This document shows positions 8,423-16,988 of a stretch of DNA of 32,000 bases, in pieces. Each line of letters starts with the position of its first letter. The first letter of the stretch is position 1. The notes beneath the pieces are model-generated. The model saw only the letters and a list, made by a program, of their open reading frames with translations, was not told where the DNA came from and made no database searches. The position numbers and the translations under genes are program-made. The stretch is from NCBI RefSeq assembly GCF_900079115.1, contig NZ_LT549890.1, positions 1,110,001 to 1,142,000 on the forward strand. The letters are read 5' to 3'. Origin of the DNA: Saccharolobus solfataricus. Lineage in GTDB: Archaea; Thermoproteota; Thermoprotei_A; Sulfolobales; Sulfolobaceae.

Positions 8423-9511
8423 TTAGTAATAATAATCTATTTCAACTACAGTTTTCTCTATAATATTATCTAGACATCCCTCAGATATTAACAATAGATT
8501 GTATAAAATGATTTCATTATTTTGGGCACTAAATTCTTCCTTAACCATTAATCCTACAATATCACGAGGTAAAGATTTTATTCTAGAGAAGAACATATCT
8601 AATAAGTTTTTTATATCAATAGAATAACTCCCTTTTCTTAAACTTTTACCACAAATTGGGCATCTTGTAATAAGACCTCTTATTATCCCATCTAAATAAC
8701 CTATTATATGATCGTTTTCACACTTTAGGCAGATTCCAACTCCATTAGTTTCCTTTAACCTTTTATCGATTTCCATTATTTTTTTCTTAATATTAATTAT
8801 TGTAGTCAGCTCATCAGAATTTAGCAAGTAGAATGATGAAAGTGATAACTTACTAACTACTAATAGATCATTTGAGGAAGGTAAATTTAGTATATTAAGT
8901 AGCTTTCTAAGATAATAAATCTTATATTTACTGCATGTATAACTTTCTACATATTTACCACTTAACATTAAAGGATTTTCATTAATACTGTTTGACATTA
9001 GCTTATGCAACGTTGATACTCTAAAATTAATATCATCGCTTGTTAATACAACATAATTAATATCATGGGGAATGATACCATTAAGAAAATCCACATCTCT
9101 TAAATTTAACGAGTCCTCATCAAAGCACTCCCTATGTATGGGATCTATATATGCCATGAGGTATATAGCAAAATCTTTATTAACAAACGTATACCTATTT
9201 TCCTTCCCCTTAAACGAAAATATAATATCAGTTACTTTAAATTCCTCGTCATCTGGACAATTATATCCATTTATATCATTATCCCACCATTTTATTGGTT
9301 TAGCTCCTTTAATTATCTTCGTAGGTTTCTTCACATAAAGGGAATCGTCCTTAACCTTTATTTGAACTATATCATCTAGTATGATAATTTTCCTATTGTT
9401 TAACTTTTTAACTAATTGAAGACTTGTGGAAGTTTTATATTTACCTAAATATACCATACACCTTTTAATTTCAGGTAAGATTATAGCATTAGCATTAATT
9501 ACAAACTCCAT
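8423..9511 (-). CDS. Hypothetical protein with internal CxxC...CxxC zinc ribbon
   Basis: 362 aa, a long uninterrupted ORF in very AT-rich DNA. Contains CLKCENDH..(19 aa)..CPICGK. I recognise no family. Confidence 0.6.
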   Translation of the reverse strand: MEFVINANAIILPEIKRCMVYLGKYKTSTSLQLVKKLNNRKIIILDDIVQIKVKDDSLYVKKPTKIIKGAKPIKWWDNDINGYNCPDDEEFKVTDIIFSFKGKENRYTFVNKDFAIYLMAYIDPIHRECFDEDSLNLRDVDFLNGIIPHDINYVVLTSDDINFRVSTLHKLMSNSINENPLMLSGKYVESYTCSKYKIYYLRKLLNILNLPSSNDLLVVSKLSLSSFYLLNSDELTTIINIKKKIMEIDKRLKETNGVGICLKCENDHIIGYLDGIIRGLITRCPICGKSLRKGSYSIDIKNLLDMFFSRIKSLPRDIVGLMVKEEFSAQNNEIILYNLLLISEGCLDNIIEKTVVEIDYYY

Positions 9512-9670
9512 GTCACATTTAATTAGACGGAATGAATATATAAGGTTTTAAATTTTTACGATTAAGCTCTTTTCATAATAATGAGGAAAGATTTAAGGTT
9601 AATAGATAGTTTATTCTCTTCTCTTAAACTACGAGAAATTTTATTAACTTAAATAATTTGAATATATAAT

Positions 9671-10429
9671 ATGGAAGCTAAAGTAAGTGATCCTAGAGCA
9701 GAAATATTGGAAAGAGTTAAGAAGGGAGATCTCCTATCATTACTTATAAAGGCGGCTGAACTACATGGACACTATTGTATAGGTCTTTCCACTGGCGTTT
9801 TAGCGTCTTATATCGCGTTAAAGAAGCTAGAACTACAACAAAATGTAACTGAAGTTGAATCTCACGTAAAGCCAAATTTAATAGCTATGGTAGAGAATAA
9901 CTTGTGCTTTGCCGATGGCGTTCAAATGATTACGGGGGCTACATTAGGAAATAATACATTGATATTTAGAGATACCGGCAAACAATCAGTTACAGTTATA
10001 GATAAGGAAACTAAAAGAGCTGTTAGGGTCACAATGATTGATAATCCTCATAAATACTTAAGCGTTAGTAATGACCCTAAGTTTGCGAAATATTTTGAGA
10101 AATTTGCATCTAAAAGAGAAAAATTTGATGAAAACGAGCTAAAGGAATTTAGGGAGTTAATGACTAGAGCTAGTTTAGAACTTTTAAGTATTCCCACCGA
10201 GAAGTTATTTAAAGTTGAAGAATGGAAACTAGGGGAGCTAAAGCAGGAAATGAAGACTCCTCCAATTAGACATGTCAGATGTGAGAAATGTAATGAATTA
10301 GTATTGGAAAGTAAAGGTAAATATGTTAATGGTAAATTCTACTGCCTAGATTGCTTAGATGAGAGCGTTCCTACTGTAATAGGAAGAGGAATAGCTAATT
10401 TAAGATTAAATGATATACTAGAAAGATGA
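9671..10429 (+). CDS. FmdE-domain protein with C-terminal zinc ribbon
   Basis: 252 aa. AAELHGHYCIGLSTGVLA and CFADGVQMITGATLGN are typical of the FmdE/FwdE domain. The C-terminal CEKCNELV...FYCLDC forms the zinc ribbon. Confidence 0.8.
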   Translation: MEAKVSDPRAEILERVKKGDLLSLLIKAAELHGHYCIGLSTGVLASYIALKKLELQQNVTEVESHVKPNLIAMVENNLCFADGVQMITGATLGNNTLIFRDTGKQSVTVIDKETKRAVRVTMIDNPHKYLSVSNDPKFAKYFEKFASKREKFDENELKEFRELMTRASLELLSIPTEKLFKVEEWKLGELKQEMKTPPIRHVRCEKCNELVLESKGKYVNGKFYCLDCLDESVPTVIGRGIANLRLNDILER

Positions 10430-10437
10430 TGAGCTAA

Positions 10438-11007
10438 ATGGATGAGAAACTCTTTGAGAAACTTAAGAATGATGTTAGGAACAATTTATGGATATATGGT
10501 TATAGTAATGATGAAAACTTGATAGAATTGGGAGCGTTATTAAGAATGTTAAAATATCCATTATCTGAAGATGAACTAAAAGAGATCAATTATTTAATAA
10601 GTCAAAAGCTCGATAAGCTGCCAGATGAGGATGATGTAACATTAACTTTAGCTGTTGTCGCAAGTTTTAAGGAGGAATTAAATAAACTAAAAAGTGAAAT
10701 TAAAAATATAGCGGAGAGACCATTGGGAAATAACATATTATCAATTATTATACCCCTAGTAATTAAGGATGTATTATTAGAGATAGCTGATTTAGATCCA
10801 TCAAAGGCTAGATCTTTTACCTTAGACTTATTTGCAAATATCTTTCAAGCTGTAAAGCAGTTCTTACCAATGGGTATTGAAGTGGTTAATATTCAAGACT
10901 CCATAGATAAATTACTAAATGCATCTAGTGAAAATATTGATGTTAAGGAGGCTTTAAAACATGAGTATAAGAGTGAATTTGAAAAAGATGAAAATAAAAA
11001 ATCCTAA
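10438..11007 (+). CDS. Hypothetical acidic helical protein
   Basis: 189 aa. Starts 8 nt after the FmdE-domain gene stop, so probably co-transcribed. No recognisable motif. Confidence 0.55.
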   Translation: MDEKLFEKLKNDVRNNLWIYGYSNDENLIELGALLRMLKYPLSEDELKEINYLISQKLDKLPDEDDVTLTLAVVASFKEELNKLKSEIKNIAERPLGNNILSIIIPLVIKDVLLEIADLDPSKARSFTLDLFANIFQAVKQFLPMGIEVVNIQDSIDKLLNASSENIDVKEALKHEYKSEFEKDENKKS

Positions 11008-11050
11008 TGATATCAATTTTTTCCTACTCTTTTCCTTCTTCCTTAATAAT

Positions 11051-11099
11051 GGGAGTGTTCTCATGCAGTCATCTTATTCGATATCATATAGTAAAATTA
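11051..11099. repeat. ISC1173 left terminal inverted repeat
   Basis: GGGAGTGTTCTCATGCAGTCATCTTATTCGATATCATATAGTAAAATTA. I verified base by base that its reverse complement occurs at 12175-12223. Confidence 0.95.
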
Positions 11100-11211
11100 A
11101 ATCAGGCTAGAAATTTTCACAATTAGTCGTTTCGATCGAGATGCAGCCAATGAATTAGAACATGAAAACAGCCTCTGAAAAAGCTTATGTGCGAGGGTTG
11201 CGAGATTTTTT

Positions 11212-12177
11212 GTGAGGGTTACCAGGATGAACCTCGTAACCCTCGCACAATTAATACTTATGATTCTAAGAAATTTAAATCTTAAGCCGAGAAAGTACGA
11301 GCTAAAGGATATTGCATTAGCATTAGCAGCCTACTCCTTGGGAGTTCAAATCACGAAAACGGGAATCCCACCATCAACCCTATACTACTATTTGAGGAAA
11401 GTAGGGATAAGGAGGAGAAGAGAAAGCAGACCAACATGCCCATCATGTAACTCTAACAGAGTAGTGAAGAACGGCTCATCTAGAGGGAAAGCAAAATACA
11501 AGTGTAAAGCATGTGGAAAGACGTTTTACGACGTCACAAGTCATAGAATGGATAGGGAACAGAGGGAGAGAATCTTAAAGGAGTACTTGAACAGGATGAG
11601 CATGAGGGCAATATCAAGAGTTGAAGGTAAACCATTGACTACTGTTTACAGCCTAGTGAGGAGGATTGGGATAAGGGCCTTTACGAATCTAACGATCTTG
11701 AAGGGTGAGCTCAAGAATTTCACAGCTAAGTCTACGGTGTTTGACGAGTTCTGGACTTATTTCCGTGTTAGGCATGGGGTGATGAGGGAGGATTTGTGGA
11801 TTTGGACTGCTCTTGCTGATGGTGTGCCTTTCTATGAGTTTGGGGATAGGAGTTATGGGACTTTTCGTTATCTCTTGGGTTGGTTACCTAGGAGTGAGGT
11901 AAACTATACTGACTACTATTGTGTTTATCAAGTTCTCGATAATCGTGTAGCGGGTAAGAAGTATACTTATCTTGTGGAGAGCCATAATTCTTGGTGTAGG
12001 TCTCATTTGGCGAGGCTGGCTAGGGATACTAAAGCTGTTACTAGGAGTGGGAGGATGACGGAGTACAGTTTGGCCTTGTTGAATGTAATGTACCCTCACG
12101 TATTCTCAAGGGAGAGAACTCCCTTAAATGAGGCATACTTGAAGGGAGTACAGTATATTAGAGAAAACTTGATATAA
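11212..12177 (+). CDS. IS1-family-like transposase of ISC1173
   Basis: 321 aa from GTG 11212 (alternative ATG at 11227). N-terminal zinc finger CPSCNSNRVVKNG...YKCKACGKTF followed by an HTH-like region and a C-terminal catalytic domain. The stop lies inside the right IR. Confidence 0.9.
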   Translation: MRVTRMNLVTLAQLILMILRNLNLKPRKYELKDIALALAAYSLGVQITKTGIPPSTLYYYLRKVGIRRRRESRPTCPSCNSNRVVKNGSSRGKAKYKCKACGKTFYDVTSHRMDREQRERILKEYLNRMSMRAISRVEGKPLTTVYSLVRRIGIRAFTNLTILKGELKNFTAKSTVFDEFWTYFRVRHGVMREDLWIWTALADGVPFYEFGDRSYGTFRYLLGWLPRSEVNYTDYYCVYQVLDNRVAGKKYTYLVESHNSWCRSHLARLARDTKAVTRSGRMTEYSLALLNVMYPHVFSRERTPLNEAYLKGVQYIRENLI

Positions 12178-12615
12178 TTTTACTATATGATATCGAATAA
12201 GATGACTGCATGAGAACACTCCCTTAATAATCTCATTAAACACTATATCTGCATTTTTGCAATCTCCTAGTTCAAATTCCCTTAAAATATTTTCATTATA
12301 TATTTCATCTACAATGACAGAATTCTTAATCAAGTCTATATACATTATAATATCCTTATCTCTAACTTTAGCAATTTTGATTATTAACTTACCTCTTACT
12401 TCGAGTAGTTCTGATTGAGAATTATCAGTGATTACCTCAATTTGCTGGTAATCGAATCCATCATTTAACATAGGCTCCCTTTTAAAATCTAACGTAACTT
12501 TAACGTTATTTTCAAATGGTTCCCTTTTTATATTAATTATATTAAATTTTATATATATACAACTAGTTAAAAAATTTATATTATCTTCAACTATACGTTC
12601 TATCATTTTACCCAC
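12124..12615 (-). CDS. Hypothetical small protein whose 3' end is replaced by ISC1173 sequence
   Basis: The ORF runs from 12615 into the IS at 12223. The native part is 12224..12615. Removing the IS and one TSD copy restores ...FNEIIKEEGKE-stop (TAG at 11024-11026). Overlaps the upstream gene by 13 nt. Confidence 0.55.
   Translation of the reverse strand: MGKMIERIVEDNINFLTSCIYIKFNIINIKREPFENNVKVTLDFKREPMLNDGFDYQQIEVITDNSQSELLEVRGKLIIKIAKVRDKDIIMYIDLIKNSVIVDEIYNENILREFELGDCKNADIVFNEIIKGVFSCSHLIRYHIVKLYQVFSNILYSLQVCLI
12175..12223. repeat. ISC1173 right terminal inverted repeat
   Basis: Perfect reverse complement of 11051-11099. Confidence 0.95.
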
Positions 12616-12920
12616 ATATTATAAGGACATGTAAAACCAACTTTAATTACAACATCACTATTTCTAATACTATTAAGGAAATCAGAGTATTTTATAATTC
12701 TAATGTCATCATTAATTTTTTCAGTACTAAATAAATTTACATTGCCAATTTTACGAGTGATATCTCTTGCCAATTCTTCTATCTTACCCTTAATTTCAAG
12801 AGAACGACCTATAAATATAATATTTACCTCCTCACTGTCTTTGAATTCATCTAACATATTAAATGTTTCCATTATCTCATTTAAATCCTTTTCCTCAATG
12901 ATAACAAATACTCTCCTCAT
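12603..12920 (-). CDS. Hypothetical small alpha/beta protein downstream of cooC
   Basis: 105 aa. Its start overlaps the cooC stop by 4 nt (ATGA-type coupling). No confident family call. Confidence 0.55.
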   Translation of the reverse strand: MRRVFVIIEEKDLNEIMETFNMLDEFKDSEEVNIIFIGRSLEIKGKIEELARDITRKIGNVNLFSTEKINDDIRIIKYSDFLNSIRNSDVVIKVGFTCPYNMWVK

Positions 12921-13684
12921 TCACCTATATCCTCCATTGTTAACTTACTCACTATCTCCTCCACAGCTCTTACAGCCTTGCTATTCAAATTATAATCCAT
13001 AATTGACTTACCTAATTTGTCCGCTTCCACTACATCTTGATCGTATGGTATTTTACCAATTACTGGAATATCGTTTCTAGATAAAACTGACTCAAATAAT
13101 GAGATTTCGCTCTCATTTCTTACTTTGTTAAGCACCGTATATATTTTCTTCATTCCTAGATCTTTTGCCAAATTAAATAACTTAATAGCGGTTTGTACAG
13201 ATTTATAATAAGGTTCAACAACTATTAGTAATCTATCACTATACCTCGGAGTTGCCCTCCCCATTATCTCTAATCCCGGTTCCATATCGATAATTATTGC
13301 CTCACCTTTTTTGGTTGTCAAATGTTTAACTAATTCCCTTATGGTAGCGTGAGAACCACAAGCACAGCCTACTCCAGCTTTCTCAATTTTGGCCATTATA
13401 AGTAATTTAATATTATAAGGACACTCGATAGCGTATTTCCTTACTATTTCATCCGGAGGAAGAATTAGCCTTAGTTCCTCTTCCTCTTTCACTAGTAACC
13501 TTGTAGGAATAGGATTAAAATCGTATAATTTCTCTACTGGTAAACCTAGTGTTAATCCTAAATTGGGATTATCATCGGCATCAATTGCTAAAACCTTGTA
13601 ACCCCTTTGTGATAGTATTCTAGCCATTACTCCTGCTATTGTGGTCTTTCCTGATCCCCCTTTACCCGATATAGCTATCTTCAT
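12917..13684 (-). CDS. cooC: CooC-type (MinD/ParA-class) nickel-insertion accessory ATPase
   Basis: 255 aa. Deviant Walker A MKIAISGKGGSGKTT, AIDADDNPNL, a CxC metal motif in GVGCACGSH, and DMEPGLE. Confidence 0.85.
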   Translation of the reverse strand: MKIAISGKGGSGKTTIAGVMARILSQRGYKVLAIDADDNPNLGLTLGLPVEKLYDFNPIPTRLLVKEEEELRLILPPDEIVRKYAIECPYNIKLLIMAKIEKAGVGCACGSHATIRELVKHLTTKKGEAIIIDMEPGLEIMGRATPRYSDRLLIVVEPYYKSVQTAIKLFNLAKDLGMKKIYTVLNKVRNESEISLFESVLSRNDIPVIGKIPYDQDVVEADKLGKSIMDYNLNSKAVRAVEEIVSKLTMEDIGE

Positions 13685-13718
13685 AATCTACACTATACTA
13701 AATATATTTATATTTTTT

Positions 13719-13738
13719 AACTATATCTCGATATAGTT
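13719..13738. promoter_or_regulatory. Perfect 9-bp inverted repeat (AACTATATC-TC-GATATAGTT) in the divergent cooC / transporter promoter region
   Basis: Lies in the 97-bp gap between ATG 13684 (minus) and ATG 13782 (plus). The half-site ATATAGTTG recurs at 13766-13774. Confidence 0.35.
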
Positions 13739-13781
13739 GGTATTTATATATATGAGTATCTACAAATATAGTTGATATATT

Positions 13782-14276
13782 ATGTTAGATAAGGTAGTAA
13801 GGGGAATATTCGGTATAGTTGGAGTAATATTAATATACTCTACGATATATTCATTAATAAGCAGCTACTTGATGATGGGAAGAACAATGATGATGGGGGG
13901 AATGATGAGTGGACCTACAGTATCCATTCCGTTTTATCTTATCCAATTATCTTGGGGTATTATAGGGATAATATTACTCTTGATAGGAATTTTACCTAGA
14001 TTGTTTACATCTTATGTAAACCAATGGAAAAAACCAGAATGGATAATATTAAGAATTGTATTAGTTCTCATGGGATTTTTCGACGTAATTCCAATCTTAA
14101 CTAGAGGTATGCTATTTGGGAATTTGCTAGAACCTGCATATTCTGTGGGACTATTTTTCACTGGAGGTCTTTTTGTCCATGTAATATTTGAACATATATT
14201 TGGAGGAGTCTCCGCTATTGTAATAGGAGCTACAAATATTTTAAAGAAACTAGTTCCTATTAAAGTTAAAAAATAG
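13782..14276 (+). CDS. Small polytopic membrane protein with Met-rich loop
   Basis: 164 aa with four to five hydrophobic segments and MMGRTMMMGGMMSG near the N-terminus. First gene of the plus-strand transporter cluster. Confidence 0.6.
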   Translation: MLDKVVRGIFGIVGVILIYSTIYSLISSYLMMGRTMMMGGMMSGPTVSIPFYLIQLSWGIIGIILLLIGILPRLFTSYVNQWKKPEWIILRIVLVLMGFFDVIPILTRGMLFGNLLEPAYSVGLFFTGGLFVHVIFEHIFGGVSAIVIGATNILKKLVPIKVKK

Positions 14277-14318
14277 TTCCCTTTTTAAAATTTTTCCTAA
14301 ATTACAAAGAAAGGAGGA

Positions 14319-16085
14319 ATGTATATGGATAAATACGAGTTTAGGTCATATCTTTCAATAATTTTTATCATAATATTTTCATTATCAATTATCTCAACTT
14401 CTACTAGCCTAATAGTTCACGCTAATAATATACAAGAATATGTTATAGCTTGGTCAGACGTGGGGCCTCCGCAACCTTTCACAGGATATCCATTTGGACC
14501 CATATTTCCAGTTTTAACATTAATGTTTGACACGCTCGCTTGGTATAGTAAAAATGGGATTGTTCCACTATTAGCTGAAAGTTGGAATCAGCTTAATAGT
14601 ACTACATGGATCATAAAGTTGAGAAAGGGAGTTATGTGGCAAGATGGAAAGCCACTAACAGCCGAGGATGTAGTATTCTCCATTAACTATACTAAGTATG
14701 TTAATAATAACATTATACCTATTTGGTGGGTTAATCAATGGATCAATTTGGTTAAGAGCGTAAAGGCAATAAATAACTACACTGTGGAGATCACATTTAA
14801 CACAACAATTCCTACCGATGTTGTATTAATGAAGATATTTACAAACATGTTTATAATACCAAAACATATATGGGAGAATGTAAGTAATCCTAGGAGCTTC
14901 ACGGAGGCAGAAGCGTATATTGGTACTGGGCCGTATAAATTAGTGAAATACGAACCGGGAGTGGAATACGTATTTACAGCTAATGATAACTATTTTTTAG
15001 GTAAGCCAATTGTTCAAACTCTCATCCTAAAAGTTGTTCCAACAACCCAGCTAATCGAATATATGATGATGGGTGAAGTAGATGTAGCATTGTTCAGTAG
15101 TTATTACGATGCTAAACCGTTATTAGGAAATCCTATGTTTAACTATACCGAGTTTGGAGCAGGGTTAGCTTACGTATTAGTGTTTAACCTTAATAAGTAC
15201 CCATTTAACATGACAGACTTTAGAAAGGCCATAGCATATGCTATAAATTACACTGCTATTTACGAGAAGCTTGGTAAAGCAGCTGCAGGTTGGACTAGTG
15301 TCGGTCCTAATATAGTGCCTCCATATTCCCCTTATTACAATGATAGTTATAGTTATAATTACAGCCTTGATAAAGCTATTTCAATACTAGAATCTCTGGG
15401 CTATAAATATATAAATGGAAAATTACTTGATAAAAATGGCAATCAATTATTTGTTACTCTTACAGTGCCAGATGACCCAATTGCTGAAACGATAAGTCTT
15501 ATTGTCGCACACGATTTAGAGAACGTTGGAATTGGGGTAACGATTAAAAGCATACCATCTAATTTAAGAACTCAAATCTTGAGTGAGGGTAATTTTGAAA
15601 TTATGATCAATATTTATGGAGGGCTACTTTCACCATACCAGTGGAGTTTTAACGTGAAGGGAAGTGTTCACTATGTCCCAGGGTATAACTCAACCAAGTT
15701 ATTAGGTATTGAGTCAAAAGCCTTCTTATCAAGCTATAATGAGAGGATAAAACTTCTAAATGAATTTCAAGCTATAGTTGCAAATGATGTCCCAATAATA
15801 GTTCTATTCTGGCCTAAATTCTATTGGGTCTATAATAGTGAGGTAGGAATTGCTGGTTGGTTCTTTGATCCTAAATATGAGTATGGTCCACCTTGGATAT
15901 TAAATAAACTGGTCTTAATTGAAGGTCAACAATCAATGACAAATACTACAACTCTAACGACAAAAGGAACTACAGCTATACCAAGTACCTCGCAATCACC
16001 TTCTTTATCCCTAATTGTTCCAATTATAGGAGTAGTTATCGTTATTATAGGTTTTATAGCTTGGAGGTATATCTTTAAGAGATGA
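14319..16085 (+). CDS. ABC transporter substrate-binding protein, family 5 (Opp/Dpp/Nik type)
   Basis: 588 aa. N-terminal hydrophobic signal/anchor and an SBP_bac_5-like core (WQDGKPLTAEDVVFS, GTGPYKL). The Ser/Thr-rich linker (TNTTTLTTKGTTAIPSTSQSPS) plus C-terminal TM anchor is typical of Sulfolobus binding proteins of the oligo/dipeptide class. Confidence 0.85.
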   Translation: MYMDKYEFRSYLSIIFIIIFSLSIISTSTSLIVHANNIQEYVIAWSDVGPPQPFTGYPFGPIFPVLTLMFDTLAWYSKNGIVPLLAESWNQLNSTTWIIKLRKGVMWQDGKPLTAEDVVFSINYTKYVNNNIIPIWWVNQWINLVKSVKAINNYTVEITFNTTIPTDVVLMKIFTNMFIIPKHIWENVSNPRSFTEAEAYIGTGPYKLVKYEPGVEYVFTANDNYFLGKPIVQTLILKVVPTTQLIEYMMMGEVDVALFSSYYDAKPLLGNPMFNYTEFGAGLAYVLVFNLNKYPFNMTDFRKAIAYAINYTAIYEKLGKAAAGWTSVGPNIVPPYSPYYNDSYSYNYSLDKAISILESLGYKYINGKLLDKNGNQLFVTLTVPDDPIAETISLIVAHDLENVGIGVTIKSIPSNLRTQILSEGNFEIMINIYGGLLSPYQWSFNVKGSVHYVPGYNSTKLLGIESKAFLSSYNERIKLLNEFQAIVANDVPIIVLFWPKFYWVYNSEVGIAGWFFDPKYEYGPPWILNKLVLIEGQQSMTNTTTLTTKGTTAIPSTSQSPSLSLIVPIIGVVIVIIGFIAWRYIFKR

Positions 16086-16091
16086 TGAGTT

Positions 16092-16988
16092 TTGAAATTC
16101 TTACAGCTATTACAAATAATTATTAAACTGTTTATCATGATCATTTCTATAGCTATCCTTAATTATATTCTTGCGAGATCTTCAACAAGTGTATATATTA
16201 TTCTGTCATACTATGAGTATAGTTCTCCAAGCGTCGTAGAAGCCCTTTCCAAATACTATGGGTTCGATGTTAGTCCCCTACAAGGTGCTCTTATATTTCT
16301 GGTGAATCTATTTAGTGGTAACATGGGAATCTCTATTTTTTACAGTACTCCAGTATCTCATATTGTTTTTAAGGCACTTATGAAATCTTTATTGATCATA
16401 CTGCCATCAACAGTATTCTCAACGTTTCTAGTGTTCTTTCTAGTAATATATACAATAAAATATATGGGGACAAGGCGTGATAGGATTGTGGATTACCTTA
16501 TCATAAGTCTTATGGCGATACCAGAAGTTCTGCTAGCTATTATATTCTTCCTATATTTACCTTCAAATATATTCTCAATGATTGCCCTTTTAACTTTGTT
16601 TCAAGTCACCTTCGTATACGTATTTATGCGGAGAAATATGGTTCATATTCTCTCAGAAGCGTCAGATCTCGTGGAATATTACCTCTCTTTAGGGTTTAAA
16701 GGTAGGGAGATCGCTAGAGAACTAATAAGGATGAGTCTGCCTCTAGTTTATATATCAATAGCATATTCTATTGCTACTGTTGTTCCTGTTCTCGTTTTCG
16801 TAGAAACAGTGTTTAATTACCCTGGTATAGGATATATGATGTTTACCGCACTTGAGAAGTCTGACTATCCACTAGCTTCTGGATGCTTTTTAATATTGTC
16901 AATTATTGCTATACTCTCTAACACGATGTCAGATTTAATAAGCTCTAGATATGATTGGAGGCAAGATATATATGAAACTCAGAGGTAA
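16092..16988 (+). CDS. ABC transporter permease (DppB/NikB-like)
   Basis: 298 aa polytopic membrane protein following the binding protein. TTG start in the track; the true start is uncertain. Confidence 0.8.
   Translation: MKFLQLLQIIIKLFIMIISIAILNYILARSSTSVYIILSYYEYSSPSVVEALSKYYGFDVSPLQGALIFLVNLFSGNMGISIFYSTPVSHIVFKALMKSLLIILPSTVFSTFLVFFLVIYTIKYMGTRRDRIVDYLIISLMAIPEVLLAIIFFLYLPSNIFSMIALLTLFQVTFVYVFMRRNMVHILSEASDLVEYYLSLGFKGREIARELIRMSLPLVYISIAYSIATVVPVLVFVETVFNYPGIGYMMFTALEKSDYPLASGCFLILSIIAILSNTMSDLISSRYDWRQDIYETQR

Larger units (their letters stand above)
11051..12223 (+). mobile_element. ISC1173-type insertion sequence (IS1-family-like), complete
   Basis: Exactly 1173 bp. Bounded by 49-bp perfect inverted repeats and flanked by an 8-bp direct repeat TTAATAAT (11043-11050 and 12224-12231). 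Carries one intact transposase ORF. Confidence 0.92.

Noticed and set aside
9072-9379. Plus-strand ORFs 9072..9338 and 9134..9379, antisense to the 362-aa orphan
   Set aside because: They are short, mutually overlapping and antisense to a much longer ORF. AT-rich DNA produces such frames readily.
11187-11285. Small ORF MCEGCEIFCEGYQDEPRNPRT.. at the 5' end of ISC1173
   Set aside because: Its Cys-Glu-Gly repeats are simply the translation of the GAGGGTT repeat units that form the hairpins. It overlaps the transposase start in another frame.
12703-13002. 99-aa plus-strand ORF across the cooC / orf105 junction, and similar antisense ORFs at 714..899, 4789..5016, 5086..5301, 11884..12099, 15926..16144, 17667..17885, 18574..18795, 21912..22482, 22815..23318, 26331..26543, 29318..29554, 30286..30564 and 31587..31790
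   Set aside because: All lie antisense or out of frame within longer ORFs that carry clear family motifs, or within IS coding sequence. None has a motif of its own.
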